Shown here piece after piece: positions 9,799 through 19,810 of a stretch of DNA of 64,000 bases (position 1 is its first letter; each line of letters opens with the position of its first letter). The notes beneath the pieces were generated by a model, which ran no database searches, was not told the origin of the DNA, and saw only the letters and a program-made list of their open reading frames with translations. A program made the position numbers and the translations under genes. Source of the DNA: an uncultured Planctomycetales bacterium (GTDB lineage Bacteria > Omnitrophota > Gorgyraeia > Zapsychrales > JANLHA01); the NCBI GenBank assembly GCA_964489065.1, contig CAZAXH010000007.1, positions 74,672 to 138,671 of the forward strand, given 5' to 3'.

Positions 9799-10401
9799 TT
9801 ACGTAGTATTAATAATGTAACTTAAAATCTTTTCACTTTCCCCCAGAGGTAGAAGATACATATGGCAATGGATATCGTTTTTAATGACATGAAAGCAGCT
9901 TTCAATCATGAGAATATCGTTCTGTTCTGGGAGGGCACTGACCAGGAATTCCTGAAACACCGTCCCCACATAATCGTTGACGACCACCGGAGGCGTCGGC
10001 TGGATGTCGATACCGAAATCGGACGCAAACACACCGGAGATAGCGCTGGCAAGGATATTCCCGATTTCCTGAACCGCGCTGGCGGCGTAGAGATCGAATT
10101 CCTTCGTTGTGCCCACCTCCCGGCGCAGCATCAAATCAGCCAAAATCATGCTGTCCTGAATCGGGACGTGAAATAAAAATTTAAAGTTAGCCTCCCCGGT
10201 CAGATCTATAAATGCCCCAACGACATTCGCATTTTCCCGGTTGACCTGCTCCGTGACACTGGTAATATCAGCTAAAAAAGCATGCTCCATTTCAATCCGG
10301 GCGCCAGTCTTAATAAGCTTCGAAAAAACCTGCGAGGCTTTATCAATGCTAATTTTGGCAACGAGCTTGATAGCCCGGTTGATTTTAGATTCGTTAGACA
10401 T
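9799..10401 (-). CDS. cheC: CheC-family CheY-P phosphatase
   Basis: Two S/D-x3-E-x2-N-x~22-P motifs (..TEQVNREN..HVP and ..SAVQEIGNIL..QPTPP). Confidence 0.75.
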   Translation of the reverse strand: MSNESKINRAIKLVAKISIDKASQVFSKLIKTGARIEMEHAFLADITSVTEQVNRENANVVGAFIDLTGEANFKFLFHVPIQDSMILADLMLRREVGTTKEFDLYAASAVQEIGNILASAISGVFASDFGIDIQPTPPVVVNDYVGTVFQEFLVSALPEQNDILMIESCFHVIKNDIHCHMYLLPLGESEKILSYIINTT

Positions 10402-10403
10402 AA

Positions 10404-10898
10404 TTATAATTCCTCCACGGCCTCACCGAACTTTTGACACAGGATAATCCCGGTTTCCAAAAGAAAAGTCACCCGGCATCCTTTATCGCCCCCTGTCTTG
10501 GAAGCCATAATTCTAATCCCGAAATTCTTCAGTTGTTCCCTGGCCGCCTTTTCATTGAGTTCACCGATATTAAGCGTGCAATCCTTCAAAATCCTCCCCC
10601 CCCCGAAGATCTTGGCTACAAAATGATGGGAATCAATTCCATAACAGGACGTCAGCTGCCGGATCAATTCCGGAACCGCCGTGTTTGCGTATTTGGCTTT
10701 TTTTTCCTTTGCCTTGGAAGAATTTTCATCCGCGTGAGGCATCATAATATGAACCATCCCTCCCACCTGCCGTGCCGCGGCATACAAGCAGACAGCCACA
10801 CACGAACCCAGCGTGGTTTCAATCACCTGGGGCGACTGGCCCATTTTCATGTCGGCAACACCGACTATAATTTTGTCGAAATCTTGATGGAAAGCCAT
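10404..10898 (-). CDS. cheD: chemoreceptor glutamine deamidase CheD
   Basis: ..TLGSCVAVCLY.. signature of CheD. Confidence 0.85.
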   Translation of the reverse strand: MAFHQDFDKIIVGVADMKMGQSPQVIETTLGSCVAVCLYAAARQVGGMVHIMMPHADENSSKAKEKKAKYANTAVPELIRQLTSCYGIDSHHFVAKIFGGGRILKDCTLNIGELNEKAAREQLKNFGIRIMASKTGGDKGCRVTFLLETGIILCQKFGEAVEEL

Positions 10899-10900
10899 AA

Positions 10901-13651
10901 TTATAATGTCGAACGGATAATGGCATGAATATCAAGTATCAGTGCCACCCGTCCGTCCGCCAAGATCGATGCCCCGGATATCCCCTGGACTTTAGCAAAA
11001 TAACTTGGCAAGGATTTAATAACAATTTCTTCTTTCGCCAACAATTCATCAACGACAACCCCAACCCGGTTAATCCCGTCGGATACAATGACCACATTAT
11101 GGCAATCTTGCTGGGTCCGGTCTGTTCCAGAGATCTGAATAACCTGTTCCAAACTCACTAAACTGAGCGCGTGTTCTCTTAATTTTACGATAGGATTGCC
11201 ATCAATAAAATAAATTTCCGAGGATTTTACTTTTATGATTTCAAGCACTGTTTCAACCGGAAAGGCATACGTATAACCCCCGATTTGAGCCAGCAAAACC
11301 TGGATGATCGCAAGGGTCAAAGGGATCTTGATCAGAAACGTCGTCCCCACCCCCGGCTCGCTCTTGATATCAATCATGCCGTTCAGGGAATGGATCATGG
11401 TTTTTACCAAGTCCATCCCGACCCCGCGGCCGGACAGGTCGGTTACCTTATCGCTAGTGCTGAAGCCCGGCAGGAAAATAATCCCCATTCTTTCCTGCTC
11501 CGTCATGGTTTCAAGTTTGGACTTATTGATCAGCCCCTTTTGAAGGGCCACCTGCACCACTTTGTCCAAATGAATGCCCTGTCCGTCATCCATCACTTCA
11601 ATGCATATACTATTACCGAGGTGAGAGGCACGCAGGGCTATTTGTCCGGCTTCTGGTTTCCCGAGCCGCCGGCGTGTCGTCATATCCTCAATGCCATGAT
11701 CAACGGCATTGCGGATCATATGCGTTAAAGGTTCTCCCAACGTGTCGATAATCTTCTTATCCAATTCCGTTTCCTCACCCTCAATGTGAAGAACGACGTC
11801 TTTCCCCACCTCTTTAGCCATATCACGGATGCTGCGTTTAAACCGGTTAAAAACCCCTTCGATAGGAACCATCCGGGCATTCATGACGCTGTTCTGAATT
11901 TCCGAGGCGATTTTTTCCAAATGATTTGTCGTTTCATCCAGAAAATTAATATTATTAACCGATTCTTTCTCCAGTGTTTTCTCTTTGAATGCCTGCAAAT
12001 ACCCACTCAAGTTCACGATAATCTGCCCCAGGTCCTGTTCCGCCTGCATTCTTTTCTCCGGCGCCTTGGTCTCAGTCATGGTCTTGATCCCCTTCTGAAG
12101 AGCGCCAACGGAAGCGGAAAAATTTTTGATCAGCATCTTTATATTGTCTCTCTCCCTCACCGCCTCCTTCAAGAGATGCCCTACCCGAGAAAATTGCGCG
12201 CGGATCGTCACCAATTCTCCTGAAAGGATCATGAGCTTGTCAATCTTCCGGGCATCTATCTTTAAAATTGAAATGCTCTGGTCCCCGGCTTCTTTCCGGG
12301 CTTGCGCAGGAAGTGGAGCCAGGCTCTCTTCCCGGGCAGAAAGGGCCGCGGTTTCGTCGTTGGCCTGCACAGCAACCCCTTCCGTCAAATCATCCAGGTC
12401 TTCCACTCCTTGACGTTCAATCGCCAAAACTCCAACCCCGTCCAGCGTTAAAATTCTACGGATACTATTTTCATTCTCAACCGAACAGAAGTAGATCCCT
12501 ACTTTGATATCCCCCGCGGTTCCCTCAATCTCAAGGAGTGGAGGCTGAATGGCAATGACAACGCCGCTTTTCCTGAGCCGCTCTTCCATTAAAGCGATCT
12601 TCAGGACTTTTTCCGGGATGACTTTTTCCACCACACAAAATATTTTAAAAAGGTCGTATCCCTGATCCAGGGCAGCGAAAAGACGTTTTTTATCAGCGTC
12701 TTTGAGCCGTTTTAAGACTAACACTTCTTCAATCGGGGTTATGGCCTCATCTTCAGCCCCCCCCGTCCATTCCTCAATACTCATATCATGGCAATCTGGG
12801 ACATTTTGCCGGATGTACACCTGCAGCTTCCCGCTGATTTGCCCGACATCTTCCGGAGGAGGCACATGCCTCTGAACAGCCATAAGGATCATGGAAAGCG
12901 CTTCCGTACTTTTAAGAAACAAATCCTGTGGGAAAGAGGCCGGGTCCCGCCGGTCCTGCCAGGCAAAAACAATAACAAAAATTTTCCTGGCCATATCTTC
13001 CAGGATGGGAGAATTTAAAAGCACGGCAAAACGGAACAATTGCTGCACTATCTTTAAAAGATCATTCCAAACCGGCTTCGCCCCGCCCTCCTCCAACGCT
13101 ATTTTTTTTCGCAGGCGAAGAACAAGCTCTTGACAGGAGTCAAGGATAACTGCATCCGAAAGAAAAATCGGGCCCGAGAGGGAAGAGTCCTTTTGCTCCA
13201 AGGCAGGCGAGTCATGCGCATCCTCCTGGCCCAAAAGCACCCCTTCTAACCGGCCCATAACGGGCTGAAGATCGACGGCCCCGTCTTTCTTCTCTCTTAA
13301 CTCAAGCAATAGCTTGGCTAAACAATCAAATGCAGTGAACAAAACATCAAAAATATCGGCACGAAAATCCAACTCATGGTCGCGAATTTTCTGTAAAACG
13401 GTCTCCAACTTATGGGTCAACCGGACAATTTTATCAACCCCGACAAAAGAGGCCGTGCCTTTAATGGAATGCGCTGCCCGGAAAAGGCTGTTCAGATTTT
13501 CAGGAGAAACGGCCTTGTTTTGTTTTAAGGCCTCTTCGCATTCCAGAAGTTTTTCATTCAGGATACGGAGATTCTCTTCACTCTCAGCAAGGAAATCCGG
13601 GATGAAATCCCTAATTTCCTTCGGTATTTTATCATACTCCCTCTGCCCCAT
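10901..13651 (-). CDS. cheA: chemotaxis histidine kinase CheA (916 aa, extended linker)
   Basis: Hpt (HSIKGTASFVG), dimerisation, HATPase_c (DDGQGI..GRGVGMD) and C-terminal CheW-like domain; ~300 extra residues between Hpt and dimerisation domain. Confidence 0.9.
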   Translation of the reverse strand: MGQREYDKIPKEIRDFIPDFLAESEENLRILNEKLLECEEALKQNKAVSPENLNSLFRAAHSIKGTASFVGVDKIVRLTHKLETVLQKIRDHELDFRADIFDVLFTAFDCLAKLLLELREKKDGAVDLQPVMGRLEGVLLGQEDAHDSPALEQKDSSLSGPIFLSDAVILDSCQELVLRLRKKIALEEGGAKPVWNDLLKIVQQLFRFAVLLNSPILEDMARKIFVIVFAWQDRRDPASFPQDLFLKSTEALSMILMAVQRHVPPPEDVGQISGKLQVYIRQNVPDCHDMSIEEWTGGAEDEAITPIEEVLVLKRLKDADKKRLFAALDQGYDLFKIFCVVEKVIPEKVLKIALMEERLRKSGVVIAIQPPLLEIEGTAGDIKVGIYFCSVENENSIRRILTLDGVGVLAIERQGVEDLDDLTEGVAVQANDETAALSAREESLAPLPAQARKEAGDQSISILKIDARKIDKLMILSGELVTIRAQFSRVGHLLKEAVRERDNIKMLIKNFSASVGALQKGIKTMTETKAPEKRMQAEQDLGQIIVNLSGYLQAFKEKTLEKESVNNINFLDETTNHLEKIASEIQNSVMNARMVPIEGVFNRFKRSIRDMAKEVGKDVVLHIEGEETELDKKIIDTLGEPLTHMIRNAVDHGIEDMTTRRRLGKPEAGQIALRASHLGNSICIEVMDDGQGIHLDKVVQVALQKGLINKSKLETMTEQERMGIIFLPGFSTSDKVTDLSGRGVGMDLVKTMIHSLNGMIDIKSEPGVGTTFLIKIPLTLAIIQVLLAQIGGYTYAFPVETVLEIIKVKSSEIYFIDGNPIVKLREHALSLVSLEQVIQISGTDRTQQDCHNVVIVSDGINRVGVVVDELLAKEEIVIKSLPSYFAKVQGISGASILADGRVALILDIHAIIRSTL

Positions 13652-13675
13652 GGCCTCTCTTTCGCCTCCGCGAGT

Positions 13676-14722
13676 TTACCCCGCCGCCCCTAAAAGCATC
13701 AGGGCGTCCGGGATCAGAGCGACATCCAGTTCCAGGTCCACAACACCCGCCTGATAAGCCGCTTTGGCCATTCCGTAAACAACGCTGCTCACGGCATTCT
13801 GGCCGACGACAAAAGCTCCCCGGGCGTGCATAGCGCCCAGCCCTTTTTTCCCGTCATCCCCCATCCCGGTTAAAACAACTCCGACAGCCCGGGAGCCATA
13901 AAGTTCAGCGACGGATTCAAATAAAACATCACAGCACGGGGTATGAAGGGAAACCTTTTCCGTTTCTTTGTAAAGGCAAATCCGCGTTCTCTGCCCATGC
14001 CGCTCCAACTTCATCTGCCACCCGGCTTTAGCGATATAACAAAAATTACTTTGCAAAATATCCCCGTTTTCCGCTTCTTTGACAGACATCTTTGATTTCT
14101 GGTTCAGGCGTTCCGCAAAACTGGCCGTAAAATTTTCCGGCATGTGCTGCACCCAAACAATCGGTTTCGTGTTTTCCGGGAGAGACGATAAAATGCTCAT
14201 CGCAGCCTGAACCCCTCCGGTGGAAGAACCGACGGCGATAACATCAACCGGTCGTTTTTTCAGCCCCTTTAAGACATCCTGTGCCCCCAAAGCCACGGCA
14301 CTTCCATCCGGAATCCCCTCAGCGGCCCCGGACTGACCGACAATAGCTATAATCTTTTGAACAAGCTCTGCCCTGATCTCCTTAAATTTTTTCTCATGCC
14401 AAGCCGGTTTGGGATAATAATCAACCGCGCCTAGTTCCAAGGCCTGTATCGTTTCGACCGCCCCTTCCCGGGTCAAGGCGCTTAACATCAATACCGGAAG
14501 AGGACATTCTGCCATGACAATCTTTAAAACCTCCAACCCATTCATGACCGGCATTTGATAATCAAGGATCAGGATATCAGGATTCAAGATCTTAACCAGC
14601 TCAACCGTTTGCTGTCCGTCGATAGCGGCCCCCACGACCTTAATCCCGCTATCTCCTTCCAGCAACTGCGTTAATACCCGTCTAAAAAGATTGGAATCGT
14701 CCGCGACGACAACTCGAATCAT
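13676..14722 (-). CDS. cheB: protein-glutamate methylesterase CheB (REC + methylesterase)
   Basis: Start moved from GTG 14743 to ATG 14722 (AGGAGA RBS); REC then CheB_methylest domain (..GSSTGG.., ..GMGDDG..). Confidence 0.9.
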   Translation of the reverse strand: MIRVVVADDSNLFRRVLTQLLEGDSGIKVVGAAIDGQQTVELVKILNPDILILDYQMPVMNGLEVLKIVMAECPLPVLMLSALTREGAVETIQALELGAVDYYPKPAWHEKKFKEIRAELVQKIIAIVGQSGAAEGIPDGSAVALGAQDVLKGLKKRPVDVIAVGSSTGGVQAAMSILSSLPENTKPIVWVQHMPENFTASFAERLNQKSKMSVKEAENGDILQSNFCYIAKAGWQMKLERHGQRTRICLYKETEKVSLHTPCCDVLFESVAELYGSRAVGVVLTGMGDDGKKGLGAMHARGAFVVGQNAVSSVVYGMAKAAYQAGVVDLELDVALIPDALMLLGAAG

Positions 14723-14756
14723 GGCGATTGGTAGTCTCCTCACATTTTAAATTCTT

Positions 14757-15626
14757 CTAAACGACCCGGCGATAGACTCCCATCCCGACAAATTCAAATA
14801 AAGCATCGCGATACGGCAAATTTTCAGCAAGGCTGATGAAAACATAGCCGTAAGGCGACATGTGGTGGTAAATTTTCTTTAAAACGTCCCGTTTACTGAC
14901 GTCATCAAAATAAATCATAGCGTTCCGGAAGAACACGACATCAATCCGGTCGGTCACAAACGGCATCAGCAGATTATGCTGCCGGAACTTGACCTGATGG
15001 ATGATATCGTCCGATATTTTATAACGTTCTTCCTGCCCATGTCCCATGTCCACATGCACCGTCTGGAAATATCTTTTAAGATATATCTCTGGCAGCTCCC
15101 GGATACTACGGGCGGTGTAAACCCCCTGCTGGGCAACCGCCAGGACCTCGCTGTTGATGTCCGAAGCATAGATAGACACTGCCCAAGACGGGTCAGATTT
15201 AAAGAATTCCCGGCACAGCATCGCGATCGTGTACGGCTCTTCTCCTGTCGCGCATGCCGCCGACCAAAGACGCAAGGATTTCTGCCCTGCTTCCAATTTC
15301 CGGTCCCGCAAATCCGGGAGGATATGATTTAATAAAAACTCAAACTGTTTGGGGTGCCGGAAAAAATTCGTTTCATTGGTCGTGATCGCGTTGATAAAAG
15401 TTTCGACCTCCTTCTTATCATGCGATTTCAAAATAGCGATATACTGTTCAAAAGTGGTCAGGCCCAATTGTGCCAACCGTTTCCGAAGACGGGCCACGAC
15501 AAGGGTTTTCTTGGTCTCCCGGAGAAATACCCCCGTCCGTTCATACATAATTTCCCGGATCAGGGCAAACTCATGATCGGTAATTTTTAAAGAAACATCT
15601 ATTTTTTCGCCCAAGGGAGTCCTCAC
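14757..15626 (-). CDS. cheR: chemotaxis protein methyltransferase CheR
   Basis: CheR N-terminal + SAM-binding domain (..TNETNFFR.., ..LRLWSAACATGEEPYTIAM..). Confidence 0.9.
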   Translation of the reverse strand: MRTPLGEKIDVSLKITDHEFALIREIMYERTGVFLRETKKTLVVARLRKRLAQLGLTTFEQYIAILKSHDKKEVETFINAITTNETNFFRHPKQFEFLLNHILPDLRDRKLEAGQKSLRLWSAACATGEEPYTIAMLCREFFKSDPSWAVSIYASDINSEVLAVAQQGVYTARSIRELPEIYLKRYFQTVHVDMGHGQEERYKISDDIIHQVKFRQHNLLMPFVTDRIDVVFFRNAMIYFDDVSKRDVLKKIYHHMSPYGYVFISLAENLPYRDALFEFVGMGVYRRVV

Positions 15627-16045
15627 CGCGCGTGGTTTTGAATATATTTAAATAACGTCCATTTATCACCTTCATCAACGGCCGAAAAACAGGCTCCGAT
15701 GTCAAACAACTCTTCTCCCAGCACTTCCAGCCGGACAACATTAGCCAAAACCGTCAGAGGGTTGAACAAAGGGGCGCTGACTTCCCTGAAAAATTCTGTT
15801 TTGAATTTCTCCCAGCCTGGCAGGGCCAATTCGATTCGCAGCAAAATTCCCACATCGTATTTAACCTTAGATTCGAAAAGGATACCCCCACAACTGATAT
15901 TTTTCAACAAGCCTTCCGTGATATGATCACGCCCGGGGGACAACAGATCTTTAGCGGTGAACGGTGAGCAGTGAATGATATATCGGCGCGGAATCCGGAC
16001 ATATTTTCGATGTCCGGTGACATTGTCCTGCATTTCGTCGCTCAT
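15623..16045 (-). CDS. PilZ-domain (c-di-GMP-binding) protein embedded in che operon
   Basis: Trimmed to ATG 16045 (AGGAG RBS); RKYVRIPRR ... NISCGGILF = RxxxR and D/NxSxxG PilZ motifs. Confidence 0.65.
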   Translation of the reverse strand: MSDEMQDNVTGHRKYVRIPRRYIIHCSPFTAKDLLSPGRDHITEGLLKNISCGGILFESKVKYDVGILLRIELALPGWEKFKTEFFREVSAPLFNPLTVLANVVRLEVLGEELFDIGACFSAVDEGDKWTLFKYIQNHAR

Positions 16046-16080
16046 GAATCTGACTCCTGGTCTGAACTGGCCTCCCCCGG

Positions 16081-16539
16081 TCAAGAGTTGATTGTCCGGG
16101 CGATTTTCTCTAAGGAAAGAAGATATATGATCCTCCGGTCGATTTTGGCGATCCCGAGTGCATACCCTTCCCGGGCCTGCAGCAAATCTGTCGGGACGGA
16201 AATATCCTCAGGAGACACAATATGCAACTTAACGACATTAGAAACCCCAAAACCGAACAAATTCTGCCCAAATTCGGAAATGATTATACGGCCGACTTTC
16301 TCATCAGTGGCATGAAGGAACTTCGCCAGGTTAATAAGAGGCAATATTTTCCCGCGCAAATTTATCGCTCCATCAATGGCCGGCAACGCATCCGGGACAG
16401 GGACAATCATGATATTCGCCGAAATGATCTCTTTGACTTGATCGATGGAAACCCCATAGCACGATTGTGCGACCGAAAATTCGACAACGCGCACATTTTC
16501 AGGAGATACATCAGCGGATTTAATTTTGGGAATTTCCAT
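16081..16539 (-). CDS. cheW: chemotaxis coupling protein CheW
   Basis: Trimmed to MEIPKIK...; CheW-like fold (..VVEFSV..YGVSIDQVKEI..GAINLRGKILPLINL..). Confidence 0.8.
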   Translation of the reverse strand: MEIPKIKSADVSPENVRVVEFSVAQSCYGVSIDQVKEIISANIMIVPVPDALPAIDGAINLRGKILPLINLAKFLHATDEKVGRIIISEFGQNLFGFGVSNVVKLHIVSPEDISVPTDLLQAREGYALGIAKIDRRIIYLLSLEKIARTINS

Positions 16540-16561
16540 AATACACCGTAACAACCATAAG

Positions 16562-17065
16562 TCAGGGTGATGTTTGTGTCTGGGCCATCTCCTGCATGAT
16601 AACAGCATGCATCTTCTGTAAATCCAAGATAGCAATCATGCGGTCTTCCACGCGGGCTACCCCTCGGATATATTCTTTCCCGATTTTCATGGCCAAAAAC
16701 TTGGTCAAGTCGACCTGACGAAGATCCACACGGATATTATCCAGGATTTCATCGATAATCAGTCCGCACTCTTCATGATCAATGAGGGCGATAAGAATCC
16801 TGGATTTCGCATTAAACGGTTTTTGCGGCAACAGAACTGTCTTCCTCAAATCGAAAAGCGGGAGAATTGTGCCACGGCAATTAATAAGACCAAGACAAAA
16901 ATCCGGGACCTGGGGCACCGGGGTAAAAGGGACCACCCGGATCACTTCGGTAATAAGGTTAATATCCACAGCGTACTCTTCTTCCGCCAACTTAAAACAA
17001 ACAAACTGCAAATATTCTCGGGGACTCTGAAGATCTTCTCCGGTATTGTCGTGTCCGTTATTCAT
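16562..17065 (-). CDS. cheW: chemotaxis coupling protein CheW (second copy)
   Basis: ..YLQFVCFKLAEEEYAVDI..GLINCRGTILPLFDLR.. Confidence 0.85.
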   Translation of the reverse strand: MNNGHDNTGEDLQSPREYLQFVCFKLAEEEYAVDINLITEVIRVVPFTPVPQVPDFCLGLINCRGTILPLFDLRKTVLLPQKPFNAKSRILIALIDHEECGLIIDEILDNIRVDLRQVDLTKFLAMKIGKEYIRGVARVEDRMIAILDLQKMHAVIMQEMAQTQTSP

Positions 17066-17098
17066 GGCTTTTCCTCGTTCAAGAATCCCTCGGGGTCC

Positions 17099-17476
17099 TT
17101 ACACAAAAGGAGCGATGACGACTTTCAATTGATCGGACGTAAAAGGTTTAACAATATAACCCTTCAGGTTGGGATGAACACTATAGGCCTGCTTCAACTT
17201 TTCTTCGGTACCGGCCGTCGTCACCATCACAACCGGGATATTCGCCACGGCCGGGACTTTCGCGACCCCCTCAATAAACTCGATCCCGTTCATCTCCGGC
17301 ATATGCCAATCACAGAGAATCAGGCCAACCGTCTTAAAATGACTCCCCAAGACCTGGATGGCCTCATCGCCATTCCCGGCTTCCAGAATTTCATTATTAA
17401 AACCTGCCTGGCGGATTATCTGAATAATGATTTTCCGTTGCACGCCCGAGTCATCCACCACCAGAATCTGCTTCAT
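17099..17476 (-). CDS. cheY: chemotaxis response regulator CheY
   Basis: ILVVDDS...LILCDWHMPEMNG...YIVKPF. Confidence 0.85.
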   Translation of the reverse strand: MKQILVVDDSGVQRKIIIQIIRQAGFNNEILEAGNGDEAIQVLGSHFKTVGLILCDWHMPEMNGIEFIEGVAKVPAVANIPVVMVTTAGTEEKLKQAYSVHPNLKGYIVKPFTSDQLKVVIAPFV

Positions 17477-17490
17477 AAATCCCTCAAATG

Positions 17491-18075
17491 CTATTCATTT
17501 TTAAAAATCGCGGACAGGGTCAAATCAATCGAAAAAACGTTTTTTCCCCAAATAAAAAAACCGAATTCAATGTATTCGGCGTAATCGCTGTTGAATTTAA
17601 CGCCCTCCTGTATTTCGTTGATTTGGGTATCAGGGGCCGTCATGAATATTTCCTGATAACCTTCGCTGACCACCCGGTTGATGAACTGGCCTGTGATCAT
17701 ATTACATAACTCACTGCAAAAATCCGCCAGGGCGCCCTGTTTCAGGACATCTTCACCCGACAACCCGGCCGCACTCATCAATTTTCGCATATAATATTCA
17801 TCCGCATAAAGGATAATGGCGCCGCAAGGCTGATTTTGTGTGATCTGCCGTTCCGACAGAAACAGTCCTATCCAGGAAACAAGGGCTCCCTCCGCAAATC
17901 CTTTATCTTTAGCACGGGCAAGCATGCGGTATTTTTCGTTCCACTTAATATGATTTCTTTTGAGCACAGGCTCCTGGCTGAAACGTTCTTGACAGGTTGT
18001 CGCGACAACACCCTTCACGGCCGCGATCATGGCTTGTTCCTGAACGTTAGGAAGGACTAACTTCAACTGCGGCAT
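17491..18075 (-). CDS. cheX: CheX/CheC-like CheY-P phosphatase (single active-site motif)
   Basis: One D-x3-E-x2-N-x22-P motif (DFCSELCNMITG...MTAP) in C-terminal half; AAGGA RBS. Confidence 0.55.
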   Translation of the reverse strand: MPQLKLVLPNVQEQAMIAAVKGVVATTCQERFSQEPVLKRNHIKWNEKYRMLARAKDKGFAEGALVSWIGLFLSERQITQNQPCGAIILYADEYYMRKLMSAAGLSGEDVLKQGALADFCSELCNMITGQFINRVVSEGYQEIFMTAPDTQINEIQEGVKFNSDYAEYIEFGFFIWGKNVFSIDLTLSAIFKNE

Positions 18076-18345
18076 GGCTTGATTTCCTTAGTTTCAAAAT
18101 TTCTTATTAATGCCTTTAAATTGACCTACAACACAAAAACCACCCCGCGACATAATGAACTGGAACAGGGGTACCCCATGATCATAAATAAATTATTGGA
18201 AAAATAAAAATTATAATATTAAATATCTCCGGCCCGACTTCCAGGGTATTATTTTGCATTGTGTTAATTTGATTGTCAACGATCAACTCATATTTTTTAC
18301 CCCAATCCCCCCATCATATAAATGGGAGCCGGCTTAGAGATCCTC

Positions 18346-18993
18346 TCATACAATCTTGGATAAAACATCGATCCACTGCTCAAAACCTGAACACTGCAGA
18401 CTGTCGAGTTCACAGATATAAGCAGAAGGATTAAGCCGGGCTATACTGCTTCTGATAACATTCAGGTCCACGTTAGCATACGGAAGCAGCCCTGTCTTGG
18501 AAAGGACCACCACTTGGGCCTCCTTAAAAATTTCTGAATATTTGTCCGCGAGGTCCTGGCCTGCCGTGACATTAACCACCACAACTTTGGTGAATTCCCC
18601 GATATCATAATCCGCAGGACAACATAAATTACCGATATTTTCGACAAAAATCAAATCTAACGCCTGCTGCGCGCACAGGGCCAAGAGCGCCTCGTGGATC
18701 TGATGGGCCTGCAGAAATCCGTTCTGTTCAAGCTGGATAAGGCATACCGGGATGCCCAAACTGGATAACCGTTCCGCATCCTGAACTCCGGCCATTTGCC
18801 CCACCACCACCCCGATAGAAATCCGGTCTCTTAACTGCCGGATTGTCTGCTCAATGAAAGATGTTTTTCCGGCCCCTGGGATCCCCATCACATTGAACAT
18901 TTTAATACCCCGGCTATTAAGAACCTGTTTATTCTCCTGCGCCCACAATGTCTGGGGGCCGAGTTCACTATGGATCACTTTGATAAGCGTCAT
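18346..18993 (-). CDS. hypB: HypB/UreG-family nickel-insertion GTPase (HypB-like)
   Basis: Trimmed to ATG 18993 (GGAGG RBS); P-loop GIPGAGKTS, ENIGNLCCPA metal-binding motif. Confidence 0.6.
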   Translation of the reverse strand: MTLIKVIHSELGPQTLWAQENKQVLNSRGIKMFNVMGIPGAGKTSFIEQTIRQLRDRISIGVVVGQMAGVQDAERLSSLGIPVCLIQLEQNGFLQAHQIHEALLALCAQQALDLIFVENIGNLCCPADYDIGEFTKVVVVNVTAGQDLADKYSEIFKEAQVVVLSKTGLLPYANVDLNVIRSSIARLNPSAYICELDSLQCSGFEQWIDVLSKIV

Positions 18994-19070
18994 ACCTGCC
19001 TCCGGGATATTGATCTCAAGCGTTGGCCAGGGGTGAATGGGATCCCCTCCCCCCCCAGCAAGCCTGCTTT

Positions 19071-19781
19071 TCAATAGCCAGCAAAAATTTCCGTCTGGAG
19101 ATTCTCTGAACGGCAGCCCAAATGAAGACAAATATCCTTCATGGCTTTAACCATCATCGGGGGCCCAAATGAAAAAACCACCCGCTCGCACACGTCAGGC
19201 ATCACCTCGGCTACGAGATCTTGCCCAATACAGCCGAAACGGATACCGGATGATTGGGGCCGATGTTCATCAACCGTCAAACAAACCTGCCACCGATGTT
19301 TTTTCGAAAGCTGCAGCAATTCGTCTTTAAAAGCGATTTCGTGTTCATTCCGGTTCCCATACAGCAAACACACATCGACTTGAAAACTTTTAGACGCAAT
19401 ATACTCCAAGATCGAGACTACCGGGGTTATCCCGATCCCTCCAACCAAAAATCCGATTTTTTGATATTCGTCTTTGAACACGCATTGCCCATAAGGTGCC
19501 AGGAAGGGGACGACATCATTATGTTTCAGCTGTTTTAACTTTTCAGAAAACATACTGCCTGATAAACGTTTTGTCACCTCAATATACGAGGCCTGCGGGG
19601 CCGAAGAAAAAGACAAAAACTTGTTAAGCTCCCGGTTATTGAGGTTCTGCAAATCAAAAATGAGTTTCAAAAATTGCCCCGGAGCGAATTCCAGTTTTTT
19701 TTCAAGTTGGAAACGGAAACTCTCGATCGTGTCCGTTCGCTTGATTCTTTCAACAAACGTCCCAGAGATAGGCGTCATCAT
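19071..19781 (-). CDS. FAD/NAD(P)-binding oxidoreductase (ferredoxin-NADP reductase-like, PyrK/hydrogenase-gamma type)
   Basis: FAD_binding_6 + NAD_binding_1 pattern (..RxYS-like.., GGIGITP); start at ATG-ATG 19781/19778. Confidence 0.6.
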   Translation of the reverse strand: MMTPISGTFVERIKRTDTIESFRFQLEKKLEFAPGQFLKLIFDLQNLNNRELNKFLSFSSAPQASYIEVTKRLSGSMFSEKLKQLKHNDVVPFLAPYGQCVFKDEYQKIGFLVGGIGITPVVSILEYIASKSFQVDVCLLYGNRNEHEIAFKDELLQLSKKHRWQVCLTVDEHRPQSSGIRFGCIGQDLVAEVMPDVCERVVFSFGPPMMVKAMKDICLHLGCRSENLQTEIFAGY

Positions 19782-19810
19782 ACGCTTAAAAGGATCCCCC
19801 GCGGTTGCAA

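Noticed and set aside
11285-13133. Several 75-147 aa plus-strand ORFs inside cheA
   Set aside because: Antisense to a well-supported CheA reading frame. No independent evidence.
16775-17584. 269-aa plus-strand ORF spanning cheW/cheY
   Set aside because: It crosses two confidently called minus-strand genes and an intergenic gap. This is not plausible as a real gene.
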